DNA of 64,000 nucleotides from contig JAUPSS010000010.1 in NCBI GenBank assembly GCA_040285825.1, positions 680,881-744,880 on the forward strand, read 5' to 3'. Below the pieces are notes generated by a model. That model made no database searches and was not told the origin of the DNA. It saw nothing but the letters and a program-made list of their open reading frames with translations. Positions 35,859-47,751 of the stretch are shown piece after piece. The stretch's first letter is position 1. Every line of letters starts with the position of its first letter. This stretch comes from Eukaryota sp. TZLM1-RC. Its lineage: Eukaryota; Protista; Metamonada: BaSk clade. Made by a program: the position numbers and the translations under genes.

Positions 35859-36539
35859 ATGGTTTCCTCAATGCGTCCTCAATGTGTAGATTGGATTTCT
35901 AAGGCTATAGCAACTACTCAGGTGTCTTCCAGCGTTTTTTTAGATGCAGTTTACTATCTCGATCTATTGCAGGTCTTGGAGCCAGCTCTCACAGGGTTTG
36001 AAGCTTGCTCATATTCACTTATATTGTCCTTGAAACAAAGTTGTGTGGCTCAACTCGATCTTGCTGATTTTGCTGGTCGATTTCAATCATTGTTACCAAA
36101 AGGTGATTCATTTGATGAAATTGTTGAAAAGAGTCTCTTCATAGCGTCTGTCCACAGAATTGATCACTCTATCACTGAGAAGATCATCACCATTGCGAAT
36201 GATTGCTTTTCCCAAGGTGTTTTAACTCAATTTCAATCAACTTCATTAATCCAAAACGCTGTTAAACTTGGCTGTCATGTAGCTCTTGTCGATCCTATTC
36301 TTCATGATTCTCTGGCGTTTGCTTTGGCTCTCTCAATGGTTGCTTTTGAGAAATTCCAAATCAATACTGATTTTCTAATGTCTGATTATTCATCTGAAAT
36401 TGATTTGGTAGACTTTGTTCATTTGTTTGAGCAAGTTTCTGATTACTCATGTCTGTTTGAAGAAGAAGCACCTCCTGTTACCCCCAAGAAATCTGATGGT
36501 TCACCCCAATCCTTACATAAGTACCTCAGTCGGTCTTAG
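35859..36539 (+). CDS. Divergent cyclin-fold protein
   Basis: MRPQCVDWI (cf. MRAILVDWL), FLDAVYYLD, SLILSLK cyclin-box helices, C-terminal TPKK CDK site. Start uncertain. Confidence 0.65.
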   Translation: MVSSMRPQCVDWISKAIATTQVSSSVFLDAVYYLDLLQVLEPALTGFEACSYSLILSLKQSCVAQLDLADFAGRFQSLLPKGDSFDEIVEKSLFIASVHRIDHSITEKIITIANDCFSQGVLTQFQSTSLIQNAVKLGCHVALVDPILHDSLAFALALSMVAFEKFQINTDFLMSDYSSEIDLVDFVHLFEQVSDYSCLFEEEAPPVTPKKSDGSPQSLHKYLSRS

Positions 36540-36779
36540 AAGGTGGCTTTTGGTGGTTGATTAACCTTGTTTGGATGTTTTTCAACATCTTTAATGTATT
36601 TTTATTGTATTTTCTATTTTTTGTTATTTTCACGTTTATTGTAAACTAATTCTACTATTTTTTAAAAAATGAACAGAGAAATGATTAAACAAGGCAATCT
36701 TCGAACTAAATGTACATAAGTCGAATATTTTTCGGAAATAATTTCATAACTTGATTGGCAACACATACTGCATTATTTA

Positions 36780-37075
36780 ACCATAGTTATTGCTTTTCCG
36801 TTTTCCATAAACGGAAGACTATTAGTAAAAGCAGGAAATTTTTGAATAATTTCCAAAAATTGGTTCAAGAAAAAATAATGAAGAGACTTGATGTCTTTTT
36901 GTGGTGGTCACGAATTCAATTCGCAAAAGATAATGTCTATTTCGGTTTTTTCATTGAAAAAGAGGAGCAAAGGCGAAGAACAAGCAGATCAGGATTTTGT
37001 AGAGGAAATCTTGGTTCATTGAAAGTCTCATTAGTTGAGATTCTATTTTATTATGTGTTGAAGCTTAATAAATAC
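36780..37075 (+). mobile_element. Decayed family A LINE 3' end
   Basis: FQKLVQEKIMKRLDVFLWWSRIQF, QADQDFVEEIL. Confidence 0.75.
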
Positions 37076-37881
37076 CATATTTTTACCATAATTTAGTTGC
37101 CAATTGCAAGATTACAACAAAAGTATAATTGACACGTCACAATGACTCATCGTTTATTCAAATTGACTTTTCCTCAATTCATCCTCATATCAATTGCTCT
37201 ACATTCCTGAGAAGTTGATTTTCGAAACTTACATATTCTATGGTCAATGCTTTGTCATTGGTCTGTTTCCGGTTCATAGATCTTTCCAATTTGCCCCGAG
37301 TGACACCAATGTCTTCAGAACCAAGACGATCTCAGTAACCTCAACTGTCTCTATTTGGTCTCTAAATGGTGTAGTCTCCATCACAGAATTGAGGAGACCA
37401 CTGCATTCTATCCAAAGATTGTTTTGGATAATGGATACTGTCAAGTATTTCAGATCCAAATACTTTGATCACCTTGTTTTTAATTAAACAGTTGCTGTCA
37501 TTTGTTTTGGTTTTGTTTGAGGCATGATGTTCGGACTTTGTGTAGTCTTTTGATGAGGTGTTGATCACAGAACATGTAAGTTTTAATTTAACAACTGTTG
37601 CTTTAAATCTTTGAATAATTCTAGGTCTATTGGATGATGAACCAAGATATCCTTTTACACTAATCCTCTCTGTATCATACACTGTTATGTATATCATTTA
37701 ATTTAAATGTCTATAAACCCAATGTACACGTTAATGGTATATTACCTTCTTGAATATGTGTTATAATAGCAATAGTAACGGATGGTTATTACTTTTTATT
37801 TGATATACTCGATACAGAACAACCTTGAGGCACTGAATGGTATGCCAACCCCCTGCTAATCAATTTAACTAAAAAATTCCT

Positions 37882-38577
37882 CTAAAGATCTACTTTATTA
37901 TAATCATCATTTATTCCTTCCAAAACGCCAACAACTTTATTTTCAAATTCTAATCGAAGTGAATAGAAGAAAACAATTAAAGAACCAACAGAAAGATATT
38001 GTCCAACTATTGCAATTTGAACCAGAATTGGTATATTTGAGAAAATATACGGCAGACACAGATAAATGAAAATGAAAAACGGTAAGCTATACACAATAAG
38101 TCTTCTATACTTGATGTAATAAACGTCTAGGTTCTTGTGCTGATGTTGCGAGATTCGCAAGATAAGAATAGCATTGGCGAGTGTGGCAATGAAGAAAACC
38201 TGGGCAGCACCACTGTGTATGTAGAAATGGTCAAACACAGAGACGTTCCCGAGGACAGTTAGGCCTGCACCCCCAATATAAGCAAGGACGCGAATAGATT
38301 TGACATAGAATGGGAGGTTTGGCGGAGGATCTTCCATGGTTTCAATAATTTTCGTATAGCAGATGATGATGAAGCCCAAGGATATGCCACCGAAAGAACA
38401 GCACCAAGCGAATATTGGTAGGAGAGGATACTTCCCACCAGATTCACTTATATAGAGAAGCCCTTCACGTATGGATCCATCTGCGAAAAGAAAGCGAGCA
38501 ACTATGAGGCAAAAAAGGATACCTGAAAGTAGAGTAGCACATGTCGCAGTGGATACAGAACGTAGAGGGATAGTCAT
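37882..38577 (-). CDS. Frag1/DRAM/Sfk1 family six-TM membrane protein
   Basis: LYISESG motif, HFYIHSGAAQVFF, six hydrophobic segments. Confidence 0.8.
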   Translation of the reverse strand: MTIPLRSVSTATCATLLSGILFCLIVARFLFADGSIREGLLYISESGGKYPLLPIFAWCCSFGGISLGFIIICYTKIIETMEDPPPNLPFYVKSIRVLAYIGGAGLTVLGNVSVFDHFYIHSGAAQVFFIATLANAILILRISQHQHKNLDVYYIKYRRLIVYSLPFFIFIYLCLPYIFSNIPILVQIAIVGQYLSVGSLIVFFYSLRLEFENKVVGVLEGINDDYNKVDL

Positions 38578-38859
38578 TAAGAAGGAGAGCCGTGAATTTG
38601 CTTACCACAGACCTATTGAAGATATAGTAAAACCTGAACAAATTTTTGCAAAATAAACTGTTCAAACTTGCAACTCCCAAGTCGAGATATAAAAAGAAAA
38701 CAATGCATTACTTACAAAGATTACTTAATCTACAACACTGAAATAAATAATTGTTTTCCTCGAATCTTGGGCTTTTACCAAAAACTTACCTATAGCAGTT
38801 TTTGTATATTCAACAGTTGTGTTGTATTTTGTATTGATACAATGGCAGAAAGATTGCCG

Positions 38860-39322
38860 AGGAGGCGTTCACCCATTTAAATGGACAAATGGATAAAGGA
38901 CGTACTGTGTATACGAGTTTTAAGTCCAGTTGATCTTTTGTAGATAGACCAATGGTTTTGATCCATTGCTGCATTATCGTTATTCGTTGTATTGTGGATA
39001 GTTAATCTGGTACATTTTTTACAGAATTGATGTCACTTGTAATGGTCTTTATCAAGGGGAGTGAATTTGATACATGGGTTATTATTGCGGTATTCATTAT
39101 GGCACACAAGGCATCACCTCTTTGTAGAAAGTAGAAGTTTTGCACTTGAGTTATTTGAAACTTTTGTAGATCTGCCTCCAACATCAATAATTGGCTAACC
39201 AAGAACAAAAACATCTCTTCAACAATGTCCAGCAGTAGTCTTAACCATAAATCAAACTGAGAACCAACGGTCAGTCTTGTACGATTTGGACACGTTATAA
39301 AGTTGTTCACTTTCTCTTTCAT
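38860..39322 (-). pseudogene. Possible LTR-retrotransposon integrase relic
   Basis: MKEKVNNFITCP (Zn-binding segment), LLLDIV, IKTITSD, YPQYN resemble integrase core motifs. Heavily decayed. Confidence 0.35.
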
Positions 39323-39409
39323 AAACCTTTTCCTTAAAAGTAATTAAACGAATGAATGGAAATTAATTTTTGAGTAACTGTGAGTGTTGTTTACGTCAAT
39401 CAATAGCTG

Positions 39410-39950
39410 TTTAGAACCATTACTTTTTCGTTTGGTTGATGAAGATATTTTGAATTCTTTTGGTCGAAATAGGGATGAATGAATGCTTGAAGGTCTTGAA
39501 GGGATGACTATCATCACTGATGTGAGATCAACTGATGTGTGTTATAATTCTTGCTTACCATTAGCTCAGTCAAATTAGAGGAATCCTTTGTCTGTTGCGG
39601 AAAACATTAAAATTGATAAATATAAAGCAAAGTTGTTATCCTTGAATGCTGAATCGCATTCTCATATGTTCTTTGTCCATATGCTTTTTCCCTACATGAC
39701 ACACTTTGACCACTTGCTTTATCTTTCTATGATGATTTTGTTGAAATTGTGAAACAACGTACAGGAAGAGTTTTTGACAAAATGTTTTATCAGAACAGAA
39801 TTGTATTTTGAATATTTGAAGGTGTTGTCCCCTTATTAACTTCTGTTTTGTTATCTCTTGGTCGTTTTTATGAAGGAAAAACTTCCAGTCAATTCTGCTT
39901 GGCTAATTTGGGTCATGAAGATATAGAATTTTAATATTTGTGGTTTAGTT
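39410..39950 (+). mobile_element. Family F LINE 3' fragment
   Basis: LEPL..SFGRNR..IITDV..KIDKYK..YQNRIVF. Homologous to 28530-29190 and 42060-42160. Confidence 0.7.
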
Positions 39951-39981
39951 TCTCAAACAATCAATCGAATTGGATCATCAG

Positions 39982-40686
39982 ATGAGTTTCTTCCGCGGTC
40001 TCGTCTTTTTCACAGCTTCTGCTGGTCTCCCTTTACTTTTGTGCTTCTCTACATTGAAGACTAATCGCTCTCTTCTCTGTTGCTTGCTACTCAGTGCCCT
40101 TTTTCATTTTTTCTCTCTTTCTTTCTTTTCTCTTCCATTCAGCTTCTCATTCTTCCCTCCGTGCATATCCTTAGCAGTTTCTCCTCTTTGCACCATATTC
40201 ACTGCTTACATCATCTACCTCACCATCTCTTCCTTCTCTCTACGATTACTCAAACTTACTTCCCTCACTAGTTCCTTCTCTCCCCGATTCCTCAAGTACA
40301 TCTTTCTATCATCAACACTTGGTTTAACTCTTGCACATTACACTTTTACCTACCTCCCCATCATAGCTAGGTCCTTCTCCTTTGGCTCTATCCGTGCCGA
40401 GAGCTGCCAGACCCTCTCCTTATTCGTAGTGGTTACAATCAAATCATTAGTATCAGCGACTTCTCAATTCAGCTTAGTAAGTTGCTTCTTTTATTGCAAA
40501 CTTTCACAGTTTCCGAAAAGGGGTTTGTTTTGTTTAAGTTTGGTTTATTTTGTGGAAGTTGGTTACTATCTGATTTATATTGCACCATTTAATTGCCAAT
40601 TATTTCTTGTCATTTATTTGGTTTTCTCACTTGGAGTGTCAGTTTTCAGTATAAAGGTGTTTCAGCGTAGAATTCAAGCTAAGTAA
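39982..40686 (+). CDS. APH-1-like (gamma-secretase subunit) multi-pass membrane protein, divergent
   Basis: Seven predicted TM segments in APH-1-like spacing. ARSFSFGSIRAESCQTLSLF resembles the GPxT..C..FF loop. Confidence 0.55.
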   Translation: MSFFRGLVFFTASAGLPLLLCFSTLKTNRSLLCCLLLSALFHFFSLSFFSLPFSFSFFPPCISLAVSPLCTIFTAYIIYLTISSFSLRLLKLTSLTSSFSPRFLKYIFLSSTLGLTLAHYTFTYLPIIARSFSFGSIRAESCQTLSLFVVVTIKSLVSATSQFSLVSCFFYCKLSQFPKRGLFCLSLVYFVEVGYYLIYIAPFNCQLFLVIYLVFSLGVSVFSIKVFQRRIQAK

Positions 40687-40692
40687 CTTGGT

Positions 40693-40715
40693 CTAACCCT
40701 AACCCTAACCCTAAC
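40693..40715. repeat. Interstitial telomere-type repeat (CTAACC)3.8
   Basis: CTAACCCTAACCCTAACCCTAAC. Confidence 0.85.
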
Positions 40716-40949
40716 ATCGGTTAAGTTGAATTTTGAAAACAGCTACCTTGAAACTATTTTCATTTTTTCTTGGATTCAAAGAATTGTGAGTTTTAAATCG
40801 AGAGTTGTTTCTAATATTGAACAATTTAATTCTTTTTCTTATTTTGCTGCTTGTCGAGTTTTGTTTATACAGACTGGATTTTTTCGAAAACAGAATTATT
40901 ATTATTGTTGTTGTTGTTTTTTCTTTGCTTCTCATTTGTATGATGATGT

Positions 40950-41640
40950 ATGCTAAAGGATTCTTGAGGATTCTTATTTGCCAGATGCTAATACCAGTTG
41001 ATAACTAAATGATTTATCTTTTGTGCTTGAAAGATTACCACCCCAAGTCTTGACCAAATGTGTCCTCCAATCAATGAGAAAAATGTCAACCGTTTTCTTG
41101 TCAATTTGACATGTTGTTGCAAAAAGCTTTAGCAAAAATTGTCTATTGTTTTGAAAGCAATTTTTAGCAATTTAAATGCTATATACGATTTGGCCAATTT
41201 TTTTACTAGCTGTTTGTGATGATACAACTTCCGTGTTAGTAACCACCATTCTGCTGATTTATGTTTTTCTATTAATGTTATTTCAAATGAAATTTTAGCT
41301 AATTTTGATGTTTATGATCCTATTCCAAATGCTGAAAGTTTCCAATTTTAAAATAGAGAGAGCCTTTATCCGAAATGTTTCACCCAGCAGCACGCCAAAT
41401 AAAATTTGTACACAGTTGTGTATTCTCAATTTGAGTATCTTGGTCCCATCACTTTACGTTTTCTGGCAGATATTGAACTGATTTATTTGGCAGAAGCAGG
41501 AACTGGTAGATAATGAATCGTTTTCCCCAATTTTATCGAATGTTGAAGATGGTTTCTAATGCACTGCTTTCCTTAAGATCTTATTATTAAAGAGATCATT
41601 TTTTAAACGTTGAGTTTTTTTCAAGTTTTCAAATAAAATA
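40950..41640 (+). mobile_element. Highly decayed family D LINE fragment
   Basis: LERLPPQVLTKC, CCKKL and the 3' end align to 60640-61690. Confidence 0.6.
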
Positions 41641-42299
41641 ACTAGTAAATATTACAGTGGATTGAGTGGCATTGTAAGTAAACAATGATTTTGAACTTAA
41701 GAAAAGTTGGCTTTAATTAATGTCATCGATGGCCAAATTTCGAAGAGATAGTTTCAAAATGCGAAAGACTCAAGATTTCGTTGTTCATCAACTCGCCAGT
41801 AACTCTTTCTACAATGCCTCGAAATTATTTCTTTTTTTGGGTATCGTTTATATCTTTAAAGTGTGGATGATTGAAGGAGTAAATGAGACAACAAAGAAAC
41901 CAAAAAGAAATTATTGCAACTTCCAATAGTACAATGAAGAATACGAATCCAAGATAATATCAACAGATGTTTTCATTAAAATTATGAACCAACGTAAAAC
42001 GTATTTTGCCAAGAATTGACAAAAATTTTGAGTAAAACATAATTAAATTTTACATTTTTAAAGGTGTTGCCCCCTTGTTATCTTCTGGTTTATTGTCTCT
42101 TGGTCGGTTTTATGAAGGAAAAACTGCCAGTCAATTCTTCTTGGCAAAGTTGTGGTGTGAAGATCTTTTGGAAAAATATACTAACAATAAAGAACATATG
42201 AACCAATAAAAAATTTATTGCTTACAAAAGGGTTTCATTGTTTCCACCCATGAATTCATGTAAACGTAATTTAGACCAGCTGTATAATGGATCAACCAT

Positions 42300-43260
42300 G
42301 GATAAACAGGTAATACAAACAAATATTTATTCTTGACTAGTTTAACAGATTTAACTAAACCTTGGTAAACCAATCTGGTTGGATCTAGATAACGTTTTAG
42401 GAAATGGTATTCGTCACCATCAGTTTTTGAATAAATTTCAAAGTGGGAAAGTTTTGTTCACTGAAAGAAGGAATTTCATGATGAACGATCAATTCCCTCA
42501 ATTTTGGTAATTGTATCGCAACATTAAGAGGCCGATCCACCAATACTTCCAATTTCGTGAGGGCTTGAGGTAATGGTATTTGTCCTTCCAATATGTGTTG
42601 TGAAAGAAAACTAGATAGCACCACCAACTCTGTCAAGGATGTCAGATAGCTTAAATGAGCAAGTTCAATACAAAAGAAAGGAAGAAAGTACAAGGGTTCA
42701 GTTTTTGAAACTGACTCTCCACCAAGCATGACAACCTCAACATTTGGGAAAAGTGACAATAATTGTGGATCATGTTCATGGCAAACATTCCGTTTGTTAA
42801 TTCTAGTATTAATTACTTTGGGACCACTATAACCAGTTGATAATCGTAATTGTAAATCACAAATATTATCATTCAAATTTAAATCTTGAGGACCATTTAG
42901 AAGCATCTTGTTTTGAATTGGATGGCTACCCTTTTACTAATACCACATTTGCTGTAAAATCTTGACTTCAGATATGGATGATTACCAAAGAGCTTCTGCA
43001 AATAATTGAGCTATTCCCAATAAACGAGCTCATTTAGACCACCAAACTTTCTATCCACAGGTTGATTTGGAAATTGAAAATTTGAAAGTATTTGCGACTC
43101 AAATACTTTGACAGGAGGTGGTCGATCAATCAAATCACCTGTACCTAATTGACCTTTATCGTTCCTTCCCCAAGCCGAAGCAGTGTTTTTGTTGTACACA
43201 AAAAGGAAGTATCGGATGAATGAAACCTTACGATTTTGGGTCAATAAGTTACACAAAGAT
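42300..43260 (-). pseudogene. Fragments of an LRR-type protein (42397-42906) and an RCC1-repeat protein (43011-43256)
   Basis: LSHLTSLTEL/LPKLREL-type repeats and the AWGRNDKGQLGTGDLIDRPPPVKV RCC1 repeat. Neither reading frame is complete. Confidence 0.55.
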
Positions 43261-44292
43261 TTGACAAGGGTTCGAAGGCTAGCTTTTTTATGTATGCAAA
43301 TTGATCACATCATGCTTTCTCTTGAATCTCAGTAGCAGAGAGTTGCATTCTAGTTGTTTTGTTTTGGGACAGATGGATTGTTTAGGTGTTGATTTAAAAG
43401 TTGTTTAATAAACAAATATTAATAAAAAAAGTTCGAACATAAAAATTCTGGTTCACAGAAAGTTTGTAGTAAATATAATTTGATTTAATAAATTTCCACC
43501 TTCCAACAATTCAAATTACGAAACAGATGTTGGCTCAGCTTGTGCTCTTCATAATGATGACAATATTTTTCTACGTCCCTGTTGAGTTTTGTGTTGAGAT
43601 TATTCAAGTCCTTTCATCCATTAAAGACTATTTCTCCAACTTTTCTATTGGATCAATTTCCGTTTCGAATCAGATCTTTTTTACTTCATTAATTCAAATA
43701 AATTTCTCATATCAGGATCACATTTCTTGGCAAAAGGTGGTCTTTCTGTGTTTGACATTCTTTATACAATAAGGTAATCTCAAATCTTGCTGGTGACACT
43801 ATTCATGAGTGTTCTCATAATGTAAAGTAAAAGCTCACAGAATAATAGTCATTGATTCACATTTCTCTACCCTTTTGAAAAGTACCAATAGTCCGCAACA
43901 CCTAACAAAAATCTAAATTCATAGAAAATTCATTGTGTACTGTACAGTGTACACCACATGCTAATTGATAATGTCTTCAAACTGCTCCAACATTCGTTTT
44001 CTATCCCTATCATTTGTCTACAATCGTCACGAACACCACAGTGTGAAATACATATAAGTTCAAAGCACAATTTACATCCCTAATCCAAATAGACGCCACA
44101 TTCACTGTTTCCACAGTGTTGCAGTTTCTGGCGAAGGAGAATTAGAATAAGTATCATTCATCTTAATAGTGTTCCATCGTATTAGTTGCTTCTGTTGGGG
44201 TCGCATGCATAGATCTCATCATAAACTATACAGAAACAGGGGTTTACATGAGAAGGGCGAGAATACAATGAATAAAGAACAAGAATCTAATT

Positions 44293-44386
44293 GAATCACT
44301 GATGACGTGGCATCACGTGATAATGAACTAATGAACTAATGAACTAAATGGCTATGGGCCAACACTTCAGAGTCTGACAGTGATTC
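44293..44386 (+). ncRNA. Possible box C/D snoRNA-like or small inverted-repeat element
   Basis: Terminal GAATCACTG/CAGTGATTC inverted repeat, TGATGA at 44300-44305, CTGA at 44374-44377, internal (TAATGAAC)3. Confidence 0.3.
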
Positions 44387-44519
44387 GAAGTCATTTTTGT
44401 TGGAATCAAAGCCAGCAAGAAAATTATCTTTGAAAAAATTCAGACCAGATGGATTAATTTAATGTAAAGAATTATTATTGTATTTATTTTCTACGTTATT
44501 ACAAAACAAAACAAATCAT

Positions 44520-46490
44520 TAAATTTATTGAACATGCATACTGAATTAAATTAATTCATAACTAATGGGACGAATATCATTGAACCAAAATTTCATCTAC
44601 AAAATCTTGATCTGCTTATTTCTAGCTAAAGCTTCTCTTATTCGATTGAAAAACCGAGGTAATCTATTAAAAATGGCAAATTGAATCCGAGAACGCCATG
44701 AAACAATATCAAATCTTTTCATTGTTTTTTCTTGAACCGTATTTTGGCAAAATAGTTTCTGCTTCAACTGATAATCTTCCGTTTAACGAAAATGGGAAAG
44801 AAATAAAAACTAGCTGTGTATTTTTGCATTTTGAGATCTTCTTCCATAGCATTAGATTTTTGTCATTCATTTAATTCATTGAGAACAGAATGTTTTGCTG
44901 ATTTATTGGATGTGGAACCAGGAATGTCGAAAAATCACTTATTTTTTTTTCAGCAAATTTGGGTGGTATTGGATTTTCTAAATGTTCTATTTTGTGTCAA
45001 TCAGCTTTTCTGGGTGGATGCAAGAACTTTATTTATGAATTTTCTCGTAGATTTCTCATTGATTCTCATCTGTTAGTTCCCAGTTGCAGTGCATATGTGA
45101 ATGAGTTATCTTTTGAACTTGATAAATTGCCGCCACAAATTTGGCGTTCAATTATGGCAAATTATAAGCAAATTATGGCGTTCACGGATTCAATTTGCCA
45201 TTATTAATAGATTACCGCGGTTTTTCAATGGAATTAGAGAAGCTTTAGCTAGACAGCAAGCAAATCAAGATTTTGTAGAGGAAATCTTGGTTTAATGATA
45301 GTCGTCCCATTAGTTATGATTTAATTTAATCAAGTGTGCAAATTCAATAAATACAATGTTTACAGTTAGAAATTACAACTACTCATTTGTTAAATTGTAA
45401 ACATTTTATTACTTTTAGAAGCAAGGTTCATGATGCTGTAAGAGACCAGTTATATTGTATGTGTAAATCTCATAGAATTGAATCCTTCTTGGAACCTCTG
45501 TTGTCAAGTCTGTTTGATGCTGAAGATGATTTTCATAAGAATAATAGAGGTGATGTTATATTACCTGGATTAGATGGAAGTTTCATTTTAGTGGATGTAA
45601 TGTCTGTTGATCCTTGTAATGCCTCAAATGACAGGCTAGTTAATTCTGAAATTCATAATCCCCTTTCAACTGCTGAAAATCTTAAATTCAAAAAATACAA
45701 TGAACCTTTGTCCAAATTGGCCGGTCTACAGCATGCAAAATACAATTTGTATCCATTTGTATTTTCCCTTTTTGGTTCACTTGCACCAACTGCTTTACGT
45801 TTTTTGGATGATTTTGAAATGATTGTAAAGAGAAGAACTGGGAGAAATTTCAACAGATTGTTTTGGCAAAATAGAATTGTGTTTTCTACCAGCTGTGTAT
45901 TTCTATCGACATTTGCCTCTTCAATATCTTTATCATATTTTCTATGTTTCTCTTTTGCTTTAAAATCCAGAGCACTCACAGGATTAAGTTTTCTTCTGTG
46001 AACCAAAGTATCATTTGCAACATAACATGAGACAAAGCCAACAATAGCTTCAGAGTTATCAATCCAATGACAGTACACATCACCTCTATCATCAGAACCA
46101 AAATTATTCAGAGAAAGTGTTTCCTTCAGCAGAGGCTCTTTGATACACGATATTCTTGCAGTTTGTGCCATATTGAAAACAGTGTCTCTAACAGCTTCAT
46201 GTAATGAAGAACGATAAGTTATTTAGAACAATTCAGAGCATGACGTAAAGTGAGCTGAGGTGAATTCGAACAAATACATTCTTCTTTTGATAATAATTGA
46301 CTAATGGGGATATTCAAATATAATCTCATTCTTGTTACAAATGCTTCATTGGTGACACAGAATCCACTTCTTCGTGGTACAATGGTTACAAAAAGTGAAG
46401 ATTCTGATGACTTGTTTTCACAAACACCCTTTTCCAATAACAATGAGTGAAGATCTTGATTTAAAACAGCCGAGCTGCAAATATTATTAT
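44520..46490 (-). mobile_element. Family A LINE (minus) interrupted by a family D fragment (44824-45888, +), itself interrupted by a family A 3' end (~45170-45355, +)
   Basis: Family A sequence breaks and resumes with duplication AGCTGTGTATTT (44812-44823, 45891-45902). D-type RGDVILPGLDG RLE inside. Confidence 0.85.
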
Positions 46491-46620
46491 AGAGAACAAA
46501 ACAAATTAAAAACACATAAGAAACAAAATTCTCTACACCTACTCTTGAAGAATCCTTGTAACGCTTCTTGGAAATAATAGAATTGAATTGGTTGCCTAGA
46601 TTTTATCCCAATCAACATCA

Positions 46621-47751
46621 ATGACAGATCCCCCACGAGAACGTAGAGACTCCCTTGTACTTCGTCCACCATCTCGCACAGAGTTCAATGTTGAAGACTC
46701 TAAATTAATGACTCTTGCTGCATTCAACCACTCTCCTGACCGTACTCTTGCACAACCCTCTGTCACCAACTGTCCTCTTTGTGGCAGCACTGTCTCCTCT
46801 GTATCACCAGCTCTCACCTACTTTCATTTAGTTGAAAATGTCTTCAAATCACAACATCATCAAAGCGTTCCAGAGGGTTGTGTTTCTGGCTTCTACACTG
46901 CTTTCTTTGAAGAAATCCGTACCATCGGATCGGGTGCATTTGGAACCGTCAAGGAGGTAGTCCATCGTCTTGGTCCTCATCAGCTGGCTAGTTATGCCGC
47001 CAAGATCATCCCAGTTGGTGAATTTTCCTACAATTCGAAATGGCTACTCAAAGCCATAAGAGAGGTACAATTGCTTTCAAAACTGAATCATCCCAATATA
47101 ATTAGCTACAAATATGCTTGGGTGGAACCATACCAGCTCTCTCCTTTTGCTCCAACTGTTCCTCATTTATTTATCTTGATGGAACTTGGTCTTTGTTCCG
47201 TGAGCTATCTTTTGCCTACTTCTATCCCAATCGCCTGTACGGTTTTGGCAGACATTGCTATGGGTTTGGCACATTTAGAGGCGCACGGAATAATTCATGG
47301 TGACGTGAAACCTGCCAACATATTATTAATTTATGATTCAGATGTAAGGAGCTGCAGGTTTGTTTTATCAGATTTGGGTCAATCACGTGATAGTCAGGAG
47401 ACTTCTGTTGACTTGGATTATGGAACTGAGGCTTATTTGCCGGAAAAATCTAGGGGTCGAGCTAAATTTTGTAGAGATGACATTTATTCACTCGGGATTT
47501 CTTTTTTAGAAACTGTTGTGGGGTATATTCCAGAGCGGACGGATATTGTATCTACTATAAGATCACTTCCCACCTTTCTACATGGTTCTCTCTTGTCCAT
47601 GCTGATGGAAGAAGAGAGTGGTCGTTGTGGTGGTCGAGATGTCATTGAGAATAAAGGGGTAGTGGAAATGGCACAGAGAGGAAGAGAGGAGTTGTTTAGA
47701 GTGATTGAGAGAAGGGAGAAGAAAGATATAGGTGGATTATTGCCCCCATAG
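46621..47751 (+). CDS. Ser/Thr protein kinase, IKS1-like
   Basis: GFYTAFFEE..IGSGAFGTV..VHRL..YAAKIIPVG..WLLKAIREV..HPNIISY..PTVPHLFILME, HGDVKPANIL, DLG. Confidence 0.85.
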   Translation: MTDPPRERRDSLVLRPPSRTEFNVEDSKLMTLAAFNHSPDRTLAQPSVTNCPLCGSTVSSVSPALTYFHLVENVFKSQHHQSVPEGCVSGFYTAFFEEIRTIGSGAFGTVKEVVHRLGPHQLASYAAKIIPVGEFSYNSKWLLKAIREVQLLSKLNHPNIISYKYAWVEPYQLSPFAPTVPHLFILMELGLCSVSYLLPTSIPIACTVLADIAMGLAHLEAHGIIHGDVKPANILLIYDSDVRSCRFVLSDLGQSRDSQETSVDLDYGTEAYLPEKSRGRAKFCRDDIYSLGISFLETVVGYIPERTDIVSTIRSLPTFLHGSLLSMLMEEESGRCGGRDVIENKGVVEMAQRGREELFRVIERREKKDIGGLLPP

